Source: Eledone cirrhosa (lineage: Eukaryota). From it: a stretch of 64,000 nucleotides of DNA. Below, piece by piece: positions 19,172 to 32,264 of this stretch (position 1 is its first letter; every line of letters starts with the position of its first letter). The notes under the pieces were generated by a model. That model did no database searches. It worked only from the letters and a program-made list of their open reading frames with translations, and had not been told where the DNA came from. The stretch is taken from NCBI GenBank assembly GCA_964016885.1, contig OZ024741.1, positions 371,628,001-371,692,000 on the forward strand. The letters run 5' to 3'. Position numbers and translations under genes: made by a program.

Positions 19172-19679
19172 CTCCCGGGTCTCGAATAAAAGGGGTGGTT
19201 GGACTTTTGCTTAAATTCTTATAAGCGAGGGGGCGGGGAATCGGTAATTGTTCGTGATTTCTTGTAATGTTCTTTTTTTGTCATATATAATGTTTTTTAT
19301 TTAATGTAAAATAAAATTACCGTATTTCCCGGCGTCGAAGACGCTACTATTTTCCTAAAATAAATCTCAAAAATCTACCATGCGTCCTGGAAACCAAAAG
19401 TTGTTTATTACTTTTTTTTTCAAATTTTTGGTTGTCAAAATTAGGGTGCGTCCTCGAGGACGAAGCGTCTTAGGCGCCAGGAAATACTGTATTATTAGAT
19501 TCTCCAGTTGCTGTATCGATATGAATGACTTACAATAAAAATTCGCCGGAGATAGACTAGCAAAATTTAATAAGTGGGGTGGGGAAAATTAAAGCGGAGG
19601 TGTGTAATAAAAGGGGAGGGTGGAAAATATCTGAAAAATTAATAAGCGAAGGAAGTGGACCATTATACAAGATCTGAGG
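19172..19679. mobile_element. Degenerate TA-flanked TIR element hosting a nested MITE
   Basis: Imperfect termini ctcccgggtctcgaataa / ttatacaagatctgagg, TA on both sides. Confidence 0.4.
19320..19489. mobile_element. Tc1/pogo-like MITE
   Basis: TIRs ccgtatttcccggcgtcgaagacgc / gcgtcttaggcgccaggaaatactg, TA on both sides. Confidence 0.75.
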
Positions 19680-20374
19680 TAGATAAAAATATTGCTAGGT
19701 TTGTCCAGTGGTGTTGTTTGAAATACTACTCCCTTTTACAGTCAGCATATATAATGCTTGTCCAACAGTTGAATCATTAGGTATGTTGTCAGTCAAAAGG
19801 GCATGACCAAAAAATACAATTGGATTTTTTTTTTTTTGCCCAATCAGAATGTTTGAAATTCAAAACTACACCTGAAGGCTATTTTAAAACCATAAATATA
19901 ATAAAATTCAAAATAAAGTTAGCATTGGACATGAATTAACTATTATGAAGCATTTACTTAGTCATTTCTGTAATTCAGGAAAGTGTATTTAGATTTTTAT
20001 ATTGTAGATTTCACCCTCCTTTGCCACTAACGCTGTAGGATCATATTTGAGGGAGATTTGTTTTCTGTTAGGTATACCAAGTTATAGTGGTTCCCTTGAC
20101 ATACATACACACACATGTATATGTGTGTCTAAGACGGTTGGCTGAAGGGGATTTTGATATTTCTAGTCGATCGAGCTATCACATAGAACCTTTCCTTTTT
20201 ACTCCATGCATGAGACAGTAGGGTGGGATTTGAAGGAAATTTGGTCTTTCTAGCTACCGCATAAGGATCTCATTTATACTGTTTTATATAACAGAGGTCC
20301 TCAGGAATGTCTGCATATTCTCCTTAAGTAACACTATGCAGTAAAGATATTACTTCAGAATTCCTTACAGACTA

Positions 20375-21700
20375 CTAAGGAATTAGGATGTGTATTGTCA
20401 TTGAATGAGGAATTACGATATTGCTCATTTCAAAGCCTCTGCCTGGATAAACAACATAGTTGGTTTTGCCCTGTGGTGTTACAATAAAGAGACAATCAGG
20501 GTTGCCAACCCTTGTATTACTAACATAGAGTTGACAATGTGAAAAGACAGGATCTGCCAGGTTCAACCCAATGACTTTCAATGATTGCCCTTGAGATTTA
20601 TTGACAGGAAATTGAAGCCTTTGAAATTCAAATGGCTTCAGAGTTATTCTGGGAATGAAACAATTGTCACCAGCAAATTTTCCTGACATGATTGTGACTT
20701 CTAGGACATTGAGTGTCATATTTTTGATAATGAGTCTTGTGCCATTTCAAAGTTTTGGAAGATCCAGATTACGAGGTAGCATAATTGATGCTAGAACTTT
20801 CAGTATCAGGTTGTGTGGAAGAATTCCTGCTAGTTCAAAACTGTTCATAAATTCAGTTGGATAGTTTACAACATGGTCTTAGGTGATTGCGTCAACTGAT
20901 TTGTAGCATCTTTTCTCTCCCGGTAACATGTCTAGCAGCCTTCTGTTGGTTTCTTTCAAACAACATTTTTCGTTGCTAAGATTGCACGTTCGCAAAACCA
21001 TTCACATTGTCTGATATGAATGTTTGGAAACACTCTGGTAATCAGTTCTTGTTCTGTTTCAATGATATGGCCAAATGACAGCTGAATCTGGTCGTTAGAG
21101 TCCTTTTCAAGTAGCCCATTTGCTAATTTAAGTAACTGGATGGCAAACTCACTGACACCTTCGTCACCAGTCAAGTGCACTTGCAAAATGATTGTAAGGT
21201 TCAGCCGCTGAAAGTGGGACCAGAGAGAGGATGTTTTCAGATAGGCATTGACCTGATCAGCTCGACTCCCTCGAGGAATTACAGGCACAGGTTGTCTGAA
21301 ATGATCAGCAAGAACCATTGTCATTCCTCCCATTATGCAAGTATTCTCTCTCAGATCCCTTATTGTAAGGTTCAAAGGTTCAATTGCTCGTTTATGGTTC
21401 ATGGTGACATCATCTCAAATTACCTTCTCTCATGTTAGCAGGAACTTGCCCTTGGGTGAGTTCTTGGTGTTGCAAAAAGATTCGTCATGTCATGTGATGT
21501 CTATGAGCAGCTTAAACATGGAGTGTACAGTTCTTCCTCCATCCAGATGTGTTGCTGCAATGACACCTGAACAGCAACAGCAATATGTTACTTTTGGCGA
21601 ACTTTTACAAGCAGGAGGTTTATGAGGAATGTCTTATCTGTGCCAGCAGGAGCATTGATGAAGAAAAGTCCTCCCCTGTCATTTTAAATGTTTTCTAAGA
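20375..21700 (-). pseudogene. Helitron RepHel PIF1-like helicase remnant
   Basis: Degenerate Walker A FFINAPAGTDKTFL (~21620-21665), GGMTMVLADHFRQPVPVIPRG, IPRI, FQRLQFPV, NKSQGQSL, VFSHCQLYV. Several stops and frameshifts. Confidence 0.88.
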
Positions 21701-21969
21701 TGTGGTAGGCGTATTTTGGTCATACACCAATCAAGGTTCATTTTCAGCCACAGATTTACATAACACTTGAGGAAGTGGACGGAAGTGATGCAGATGGAGG
21801 TAGTGAAGTCAAAGGTGCGGTGGAAGGAGCAGAAAAAGGAGAGGAAGTAGTTGAGCTGTTCTCGGGTGAGTGAGGTGGGGCTGATACAGTCGTCAATGTA
21901 CCGACCGTATAGCTCCGGGGTGGGCCTGTATTTAGCAAAGATTTGGGCCTCAACAAATGAATTGAAGAC

Positions 21970-22052
<83 letters not shown>

Positions 22053-22425
22053 CGTATGTGTTTGGTGTCTGTGTGTGTGCGATGTGTGTGTGTGTGCGTG
22101 TATTTCTATGTGTGCGTGTGTCTCCACGTGCGGGTAGCTGTGTGTTTGTGTAGTTGTATGTGTATATTTACACACTCACACAAACGGACATGCATACATA
22201 TATACATACATATATACATACATATGTACGCTCATATATAAATTTATAAGCTTAAATAATTATTGATATGTACATACGCATATCTTTATAAAGATATCTA
22301 TCTATAAATGTAAATATAGATAGATATCTGTAGCAACACTGGTGTATTATTTGTGGTACTGTGCATATAATAGGGCAGTATGAATTATTCCAGACATACA
22401 TACATGAACGCTCCCACATATGTCA

Positions 22426-22516
<91 letters not shown>

Positions 22517-22558
22517 CATATATATATATATATATGAGTGTGTATGTATATATGTATG

Positions 22559-22599
<41 letters not shown>

Positions 22600-22723
22600 A
22601 TTACACATACAGCTAGCTCTAGTTTTAATACGCACTCAGTAAACAAATTATACATTCAATTGAACGCATGAATGCATTCAAATCTCTTTTGTGCTTATTA
22701 AACCATATGAGAATGTACTGTTA

Positions 22724-22789
<66 letters not shown>

Positions 22790-22952
22790 TTAATAACCCT
22801 ACAACAAAAAATAACGTAGAGATCAAACACATATACACAGACTTATATATATCCCGACACACAAGGCCCTCACAAACTCACATATATATATACAAATTCA
22901 TGAAAATGAAGTATATATATGTCAGCGTGTAAATGCGGAGAGAGAGAACGGG

Positions 22953-23015
<63 letters not shown>

Positions 23016-23102
23016 AATAATGTTTTCGGAGGGTGTAAACTCTATCCTCCGAAGTAACCTCAGAGCGGTTATATATATCTGTGTGTGTGTGTGTGTGTGT
23101 GT

Positions 23103-23148
<46 letters not shown>

Positions 23149-23893
23149 ATGAGTCCTTACGAAATCAATCAATGTTAGCCTAGTGGCCATACGCATTGCA
23201 TTTATTACGGTTAAAGGTTAAATATCCATTCACTCAATGTAAAAGAAACAAGGAATTGTCAGAATCAAAATAAGGTCAGACGCAACAAAGACAACGGAAA
23301 ACAGACCTATCCATTTTCATCAGCCAGCCACTAAATATTTCTATGGTTTCAATGATCTAAAGTTGCTACCATTCCTTCCGGCGCATGCGGGATTGCAATA
23401 GGATGAAATATTGTAATATATGACAGATTGTGTCTTATCGACAAATTACACAAATAAATAGGAAAAGTGTACTTTAAAATAGCAGGCTTCTAACTGAAAA
23501 CAAAAAGTGTGCAAAAGAAACTAACCAAAAGGAAGAGAGAAAAAAATTAATTAATTAATTAATTCGAGCGTTAATTCTGAAATGAGACAGTATCAGGAAA
23601 TAGATAGTGAGAAAGTTAGCAGGAAAAGGATATAGAGTAATGTGTAGATAGTGTAAGATCGAGGAAGTATAGAAGAGAAGGATAAATAGAAAGAGAGAGA
23701 AGAAAAGGTGCAAGAGATAGAAATAAAGGAAGAAAAAGAGAGGAAGAGGAAAGGAAAGAGGGGTCGCGGGTGATGTAGTCACTATTTCTACATAGAAGTC
23801 AAAGAGGTCTGTATGGGTAGAGTAATATTAAATATAAATCAAAATAGGGTCACACGTGACAAAACAACTACTCGAAATCCCTATAGTTTCAAT

Positions 23894-23954
<61 letters not shown>

Positions 23955-23958
<4 letters not shown>

Positions 23959-24295
23959 CGAAACATAAGTCAATTGCATGAACTCATAATCCTTTATTTA
24001 CTGCTATATATATTTCGATGATAGCCATCGAATGGCTATGACCTCATCAGGCAGTTAGTCAGTTCTTAGATATGCCAGCTCTGTGTTTATAGTGTTGATG
24101 GTATCAGAGCCTTGGGACATATGAGCTTGTTAGGAATAATTTAATGTTGTCAGCAGGAATAGTCTTGATTCTCATTGGTCAGTTTGTAGATGCTAGTAGG
24201 GTTGGTATTTGACCTCAAAGAGGCAGGTGGTGTTGTAAAGTTCAAACCGTCAGGCAAGATGACAATAGTTCCATATGACTGATTTTCACAAAAAA
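23955..24295 (-). mobile_element. Penelope-like element 3' remnant
   Basis: Contains the hammerhead and an upstream ILPDGLN peptide resembling the PLE GIY-YIG C-terminal PxGLN. (TA)n flanks. Confidence 0.6.
24000..24055 (-). ncRNA. Minimal type I hammerhead ribozyme, canonical core
   Basis: Minus strand: actgc CTGATGA ggtc-atagccat(tcg)atggctat-catc GAAA tatata TA gcagt. Stem I 5 bp, palindromic stem III, AATAAA just downstream. Confidence 0.85.
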
Positions 24296-24308
24296 AAATA
24301 TATATATG

Positions 24309-24457
<149 letters not shown>

Positions 24458-24566
24458 AGGAAGACAAAGAGAGATAGGTAAGAGTAAGACCATTATTCAA
24501 CTTAGTACTGTATACTTATGAAAAAATCGAGTGTAGATTTTATTAGAAGGATCCTCTAATCCTTAT

Positions 24567-24706
<140 letters not shown>

Positions 24707-25371
24707 AGGTTGGAAATACCACGGAAAATATATTTAAGGATCTGTTTTTCTATTTTTCTTCTTTGATTCGTCAAAGTGACATTATTGAAAAAATAAGAGG
24801 AACATTTCTTTTTAAAAAAAGAGTTTTATAATGTATATTATATATATATATATAGCAGTCATAACTGACAGTGAGTTGCATCAATGCTACTCGATTGGAT
24901 GCTAGATTAGAAACCGACCAATAGCATTAAAACCCGAAAACAATTAATTAGATGCTGAAATTTCCGCATCCACAGCTGAAATGAAACGATGGAGGCAGCG
25001 GTTTAATATAGATTCAAACAAACTTTGAACGTCATGTCATATCTATCACTCTGACAACATCTACATACAAGCCACCAAGCGTTGAATTACCTCCCTGGAT
25101 CAAATATGCATGCATGAAACAAATAACATCTTGAGAGTAAGAAAGATTATTCTCGGAATGTGTTCTCTGACTAATGACCAGAGATACAAGGGAAAGTTTC
25201 TCAGCGCTCGAGTAACAAATAATTAAATGCTGTGCGCATATCAACAGAAGTTCATGCATGGTTATGTTGAAAGAAAGCTTCAAGATGACAGTACCATAGA
25301 AAACCAAAGTAGTCTATTTTGGACAAACACCAGGAAAATCAACCCTCGCTTTCAGGTGTATGTTTTGTTAT

Positions 25372-25432
25372 CCAAGAGCATTAAATAGAACTGAGAAAAT
25401 ATGTAAAACATTCCAAATATTTAGTCTATAGT
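25372..25432 (+). mobile_element. Very short R4/Dong subfamily-b 3' remnant
   Basis: aaaatatgtaaaacattccaaa matches the end of the ORF near 56776-56800. Confidence 0.5.
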
Positions 25433-25460
25433 ATGTGCATATACACATACAAAGATACAC

Positions 25461-25529
<69 letters not shown>

Positions 25530-25532
25530 GGT

Positions 25533-25668
<136 letters not shown>

Positions 25669-25746
25669 ATGTGTGTGTACATACATACATGCATACATCC
25701 ATAAATACATAGATAAATAAATATATACATAAATACATACATACAT

Positions 25747-26401
25747 CACTCGACAATAAATGTAGGCTTTGTAAAACAAAGATCGAAGATGTTAGCCACA
25801 TTGTTGCCAACTGCGAAAGAATGTCGTCTCGCTACAAGCTTCCTATGAGACACGATGGGATAGCTAGAACCATCTGGAGCGCACTTAGGAAAACAAAATT
25901 AAAAACGAATGAGGAGGAATATCTTGAGACTGATGGCACTAAAGAAAACTGAAAATAAAAACTGCCACCAGATTAAAGCACAACCGGCCTGATATTGTTG
26001 TTTGGGACAACACATTGAAAACGTGCTCTGTTGTAGAGATCAGCTGCCCATTTGATGTCAACGTTGTAAGAAAAATACAGGAGAAGGAGGACATCAACGG
26101 ACCATTGATGAGGAGTTTGCAGATCCAGTATCCAAGATACACCTTCAGCTTCATACCCATCATTATTGGAGCTACAGGTTATATACCAACCCGCTTGGAC
26201 CAAAGTATAACTGAACTTGGATTTGTGGACAAAGACCGCAGTTCCTTAATTCATAGACTACAAATGGCTGCGATAGCTGGCACCTTCAAAATTTGCAAAA
26301 CATTATTACGATTCAAGGGATGACAATTTCTTTTCTTTTACAAACTTGCCACCAGGAAGGTGGCCGGTCAAAAATGTACTTGAAATTAAGAGAAAGAGAA
26401 A
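25747..26401 (+). mobile_element. R4/Dong-type RLE LINE 3' fragment
   Basis: From the DNKCRLC knuckle through RPDIV/VEISCP to the stop and 3' UTR. (CATA)n on both sides. Confidence 0.9.
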
Positions 26402-26430
26402 CATACATAAATACATACATATATGCATAC

Positions 26431-26950
26431 ATGATGGCCGCAAATTCTGCCAAGAGTATTGCAATCGCTTGTCAGATTACAGAAAATGTTGCACTTTTAG
26501 GCTAGGGCCAGCCACACAAACGTGTAACAGATTCTGAACATGCAATGCCTGTGCTTTGAAGGTTTTTTAAGTGGCGGAAGGCCTTGCACTCGACCAATCC
26601 CACTCTCTGAGCATAGAAAACACTACCCGAAAAGGAGAACTGGTCAACATCATCGGATGCTTCCGAAGCCGCAGGTTTTCTTTTCAGAGTTTCCCTCTCC
26701 TAGAAAGGTGTTGTGACATCAACTGGGGGCCTTTCACTCCCAGGTGGAAAAACAAACAAAGTACTATTTGGATGGCCGTTGACTCTGCTGAGTTCCTCCG
26801 CCCTTTGCCGGGTCTTGTATTTCATCCCGCAGGGTGTCCAAATATCACCCTCCTCACCAAGCAAGTTTAGTCGTCGCCGACCCGACCATGAGACAGGTTG
26901 TACTGGGTTGCATATTACCAGTAGCACTCGAAAGCGACTTGACATAGTGT
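26431..26950 (-). mobile_element. Diverged RTE-derived non-autonomous element (family R-B)
   Basis: Colinear with the 5' half of R-A (ggtcgggtcg..cgactaaact, ggtgaggagggtga, ctaggagagggaaactctga, gcacaggcattgc). Different 3' end. (CATA)n flanks. Confidence 0.75.
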
Positions 26951-27149
26951 ATACATACATACATGCATACATACATGCAAACATACATACATACATACAT
27001 ACATACATACATACATACATACATACATACATACATACATACATACATACATACATACATACATACATAAGCCAAAGCCTATCTCATAGCAATATTGTTG
27101 AGAGAAAAAACTTGTTCTTTTCGTCTTTCATGCACAGTCATTCAGCTTT

Positions 27150-27270
27150 TACATTTTAAGGAAGGTCTTACAGATTTTCATTGTCCCAAGTATTCATTCA
27201 GATCATCAGTAGCGTATGAATGATCTACTTGTGTCCACAAGAGTGTCAGTTACAAAGCTTGGTTAAATGT
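27150..27270 (-). mobile_element. Degraded RLE LINE (R4-like) 3' end
   Basis: Minus strand reads LGTMKICKTFLKM*, like the R4/Dong C-termini elsewhere in the window. Confidence 0.55.
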
Positions 27271-27304
27271 GATTCCGCCACAGGTGAACACATTGCTGTC
27301 CTTT

Positions 27305-27700
27305 TTCATTAAACTCTGCCAACTCCAATGATGTACAGGGGTGTTCCAGCAGGTGGCATATGAGGAGGTGTTGCGTAGTCTATGTTTCGATGCCGCAGTC
27401 ACACACAATATCCCCATCCTTTAAATATCCCCATTTTGCAAGAGTGACTTTTGAACGACCAACACCAGATCTTAGTCAGTTTAAGCATTTCCACACTGAA
27501 TAGGTTGTATCTTTTCCAGGGAGCAGTGCCTTCCTCGCCTTTAGCTCGTTTGTTGTTGCTGATGGGAGGTTGTTAAGTTCTTCTTCCCGGTAAATAATTC
27601 TTTCACTACTTATGTTTGATGTTCCAAGAGGTCTGACGCTCTTTAGGAAACTTTTCCTGGTTTTAAGGCGGCTTTTCTCTAAGAATCACGATTTATCCAT
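27305..27700 (-). pseudogene. RTE-X-like LINE C-terminal remnant
   Basis: Minus strand KCLN*LRSGVGRSKVTLAKWG ... CDCGIET*TTQHLLIC, matching the LNRLRTGxGR..KWG..CxCG..QT..H..C pattern. Confidence 0.6.
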
Positions 27701-27742
27701 CCTTTGATCAAATTGAATTAGCACATATCATGATGCTCCAGT

Positions 27743-27900
27743 GAAGGCCCGTGGCTTAGTTGTTTGCGAATTGGATTTGCAATCATGAGGTTGCGAGTTC
27801 GATTCTCGGACTAGACGACACGTTTTGTCCTTGAGCAAGACACTGTATTTCACATTGCTCCTTCTGCCAGTAGTTGCGACCTGTAGATAGTATCAGCAGT
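27743..27900 (+). mobile_element. tRNA-derived SINE, family 2
   Basis: A-box gtggcttagttg, B-box gagttcgattc, core tgtccttgagcaagacactgtatttcac. Relatives at 33530..33750(-), 31985..32047(-) and 63646..63890(+). Confidence 0.7.
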
Positions 27901-28990
27901 TGGAAAGAGGAAAGACTAATGGAAGTATTGTTTCTTTGGTCCTATTTGACAGTTCCACCCCAGTCGGTAAGCGAATGAAGTCGGATCTTGTCGATCGATT
28001 TCTTTCCTTCTTCTCCATGATGCTTCTTTAATATCGGATTTAAATGAAGAAGCCTCTACGGAGTCTCTCGGCGTGCTTAGAATAGAAGCCAAATCTCCTT
28101 CAAATGATACCCTACCATCTCAAAAACGATTATAAGAATTCATTCAATAATGTAGTTCTACATAAATTGTGTCTGAAAAAACAATAGGTTGGCCACGGTT
28201 GGAACACCGTTGTTAAACTAGCTGCCGAATCAGAGCCGTATTCAGGCTAAAAACAATATCTACTAATATAAACATTATCACCTTCCTGGAATGTGAGAAC
28301 TGGGTGAAGTCATTTCATTTTTAAGAATCTGGAAAGAGAGCAATTCTAAAACCAACAAAAAAAAAAAAAACACATTTGAAATAGCATCGCATAAACATGT
28401 CGCCCTCTCATGTACGCCGTCAAACGTTTTAGAAAGACTCATCCTTGGTATCCTATAACCACACATTCGTCTCCTCTTTCCCCCTTTACCTACTTCCTTC
28501 ACTCCCCCCTCTCTCTCTCTATCTATCTATCTATCTATTAATTCGTCAAGTATGGAATTAGTAGAAATTTTTTTATTTTTTTTACAAATTTCTACAAATT
28601 TCATACTTGACGACCCAATATCTATCTATCTATCTATTTGTTTCTCTCCAAACCACTACATGGATTCAAACCATTTTGGAATCTAACACAGGAAGATACA
28701 TCAATTAATAAACACCTAAATAAATAAAGAAAAAAATGAACAAAAGAATAAAGAACGAAAAGCGACTCAATTTCAATTCTAACTAACACTTGCATCAACA
28801 AAACTATCGACTCCATAACCTGTCAGCTATTCATTTATACATAAACTATTGAATGTCGCCTTAAACTTCGCTCCAAAATAACAAACGTGAAGTAGCGCCG
28901 CCTAACAAATTCATTGTTTCCTATTCTTACCAGTAACACCGGAGAACATCAAATACAAACCAACCATTACATTGAACAATGTAAACATAC

Positions 28991-29077
<87 letters not shown>

Positions 29078-30634
29078 TATTAAAGCTCATATGGCATGGT
29101 ATGGACCTGTTAATCCTGTTGGAGTCGTAAGGGCGCCGTAGTGACATACGGCTTTTTGGGAGTATTGTAAACCTGGCGGAGCCGATCCCTTTCCAGGTCT
29201 GAGTACAGCAGATTTCTTCCAGAGAAGGATAGAGAGACAGAGAATGGAAGCGAGGAAGAAACAAAGAGGAAGAATCCACCCCAGTACTAGACTGGTAATT
29301 TTGTTTATCAACTTGGAATGGATGAAACGCAAAGTTGACTTCAGCTAAAAAGGCAACCCACATAAAGCTATATTAGAAATATTCATAACCAAACTAGTAA
29401 ATGGTAAATTACAGCATACACATTTAATATCACGAGACCCGGAACGAATACCTCAAAGCATTCTATCCGACGTTCTAATGACTATGCCAATGCGACGCCT
29501 AAAGCTCATATAGGTACCTCATTTGCCTAACAGGATGAAAAAAAAATACACAGGCATACAAATAATACACTAGATCCATCGGGAATTATGTCAGCTCTGC
29601 TTGGAGGCCCCACTATTTTCACAACACACCATAATAATCTGAAAAATACACAAAACGTGCACTTCACTTCAGCACAAATTGTGCAAAGACCCTATCTCAA
29701 GAATATCTATACAACGAAAAAAAATATTTACAACACATACAGTCATTTTTACAAATGACCTCCACATACCCAGGCCAGTGCTGGATTAAATCACAGACTT
29801 AGGGCAGAAAAGCATCAAGGAAATTTGTTTATTTTTCTTGCAGTAAATTTTATTCAAATTAAATGTATATATCATTGCAAACTTTATATGTGGATGATGG
29901 TGGAGGCGGCGGGAGCACCGTAATATTTTAAGTGCTGAATGCATCGAAAGAACTCAACACGTCTCTGACCCAAGCACATCTACAAAACACCAGAACACTA
30001 TTAAAACCCCTATTTTCTCTTGCCCAGCCTAGTCAAAATAATTTTCTACAAGGCCAGAAATTTGAAGGAGAGGGGAAAGTCGATTAAACCGAACCCAATG
30101 CATTACTGGTACTTTATTTTATCGACCATGTAAGGATGAAAGGTAAAGCTAACCTGCCTCTCCTTCCCCTCCAAAGGAACACGGCGGAGCCATAACGTAT
30201 ACATACATAGAAATAACTGCAGCATCAATATCCTCGTTAACTCTAAACAGGGGTTAGAATGGACCTTCGTCAGTTTTGCGATGAGTGTTCTAGTTGTTCG
30301 ATCAACGTATCAGACTACTCATGAAATTAACGTGTGACAAAGCATTCCACAGACACGTGTACCCTTAACGTAATTCTCATGGAATGGAGGTTCAGCTTGA
30401 CACAGAGTGTAATGAAGCTGGTCCATTAATTACAGGTACAGTTCACCCGACAAGCTTTCATACAGTTTCCGTCTACCTAATTTCACTCGTAAGCCACGGA
30501 TCCACCCGAATCTAAGGTAAATAAGAAGTTCCCAGTTTCCATGTGATCTAACGATTGCAGAGCGAACTTTGTAACCATTCGACCATATTGCCTCCAAATA
30601 CTCTGCACTTGTATACTCAGAGTATACAAGTGCC

Positions 30635-30780
30635 AGGCGGCAAATTAGCAGAGACGTTAGAACTTTGATTTATGGTATTCGTTTCGGCTCTCTGTTCTCT
30701 GAGTTCAAATCCCACTGACCTCAACTTTGCCTTTCATCCATTCCAGGTTGATAAAAAAAAAGTACCAGTCATTTCTCCCC
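30635..30780 (+). mobile_element. tRNA-derived SINE, family 1, degenerate
   Basis: gagttcaaatccc and gcctttcatcc..gataaaa..gtaccag core. Other degenerate copies at ~29280..29510(-), 30045..30155(-), 34190..34330(-) and 52345..52420(-). Confidence 0.7.
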
Positions 30781-30894
30781 GTTTTGGGGCTCTTATTTTC
30801 AAGGTACTCCCCGTTTCGGTTTTTAGAAGGTTAGCAGGTCTGTTACTAACACAATTCCTTTTGACAGCTGAGTTAACCGAAACAACGTAAAATA

Positions 30895-31200
30895 AAGTAT
30901 TGGAGACTTCTGGTGTCCTTGGCCCTAGTGCTACCTCGCTACTTACCACCATAGGTGCTGAGCTGGCCAGCCGCAGATGTGAGCCTCGCGAGATGGAATG
31001 GCTCTTCCAGCGCACCTTCCTTACCATCCTCCGGGGAAACGCCTTCTCCATTCTGTACGCCGGGGCTATGGGGAGGTCAGCACGTGGGACCCCATTTGCT
31101 CACCATACAGAGAGATGGGGAGGGCGAGAGAGATGGAGGCAATGACAATGGGAGTTCGGCTCTTCCACATTCGGACCATATCCTTGTGGTTGTGTTCATT
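30895..31200 (+). pseudogene. CRE-clade non-LTR retrotransposon C-terminal (RLE) fragment plus 3' UTR
   Basis: ETSGVLGPSA..IG..EPREMEWLFQR..ILRGNAFSIL resembles the CRE C-terminal ETxG...LFQRIS..RGNA motif. Confidence 0.7.
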
Positions 31201-31207
31201 ATCTATA

Positions 31208-31697
31208 CTAGCAGAAAAACCACCCTTCGGATAGTTTTCTGCTATCATGTGTAGTGTGCATATTGATATTATACGCAAATATATATGCATGTAGATATGA
31301 TATGTCAAATAAAATTGTAATTGAGAATATGCACAGAAATTGAAGAGTCTGTGTTACACTCTCTTCTGTAACCAGTAAAGTAATCCATGATACATTAAAA
31401 AAGACGATATTATATATAAACTGCATTAGGAGAAAATTAGCGACGAAAATATATGCGATGTTTTTATAAGTGTTATAATATAACGGGCGCTAACCGGAAG
31501 TGTTGACATTTGAAAATTTTAAAGAAGTGAATCTTTAAATAAGCAATAAAATTATTTATATTTAATCAAGCATTACGAAATTTAGTACATAAATTATGTA
31601 ATATTAATTCATTATATATTCAAAGTAATCCAACTTATTTTACAAACGGGATAAAAAATATATTCTGGACGCACTCCTTTCTTTATTATAGTTAAGA
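31208..31697 (-). mobile_element. Non-autonomous Helitron-like element (family H2), copy 1
   Basis: Minus strand starts A|TC (tcttaactataataaag) and ends in a hairpin plus CTAG|T. Homologous to 62236..62757. Confidence 0.7.
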
Positions 31698-31705
31698 TAG
31701 AACAT

Positions 31706-31894
31706 GGCAGTGGTAGATTGGCAATATCGGTAGAGGGTCGGACGCCATGCTTTGACGCATAGAGTTACGGCCCTTGCCATTCTGAGTTCAAATCCTGCCG
31801 AGGTTAACTTTGCCTTTCATCCTTACGGGGTCGATAAAATAAAGTACCAGTAATGTACTGGGTAATTGCTGGCCTTGTGCCAAAAGTAGAAACA
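31706..31894 (+). mobile_element. tRNA-derived SINE, family 1 (Meta/MESC-domain-like core), with 21-bp TSD
   Basis: B-box gagttcaaatcc, core gcctttcatccttacggggtcgataaaataaagtaccag. TSD attatagttaagatagaacat at 31685..31705 and 31895..31915. The domain name is recalled, not searched. Confidence 0.88.
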
Positions 31895-32264
31895 ATTATA
31901 GTTAAGATAGAACATTTTTTTCTTAGCAGTGTTTTCTTTTCTCCATCCAGTTAATCGCTTTTATTCATCATAGATACAAAACGCTGTCGGGAATCGAACT
32001 TACGATTGTAAGCCGAACACCCTGGCTACAAAGCCACGCGCCTTCGCTCAACTAATGCCGTATATTTTAGCATTACTGTAACTTACTTATATATACGTTA
32101 GCTCTGTGAAGGGCTGACGTCACACAATCCACAAGTTTGTTCAAATGAATAGGAAAACATACATATGGCAGGAAAATAACCATTGTTTAATTAGAAGAAC
32201 ATGTCAGCATGATCCAGCCGTTTAATACTTACACTTGATATTAGTCACAGATTTACTTATGCTC

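Noticed and set aside
24856-25370. Possible LTR-retrotransposon gag remnant
   Set aside because: Only a vague peptide resemblance. No LTR, PBS or continuous frame.
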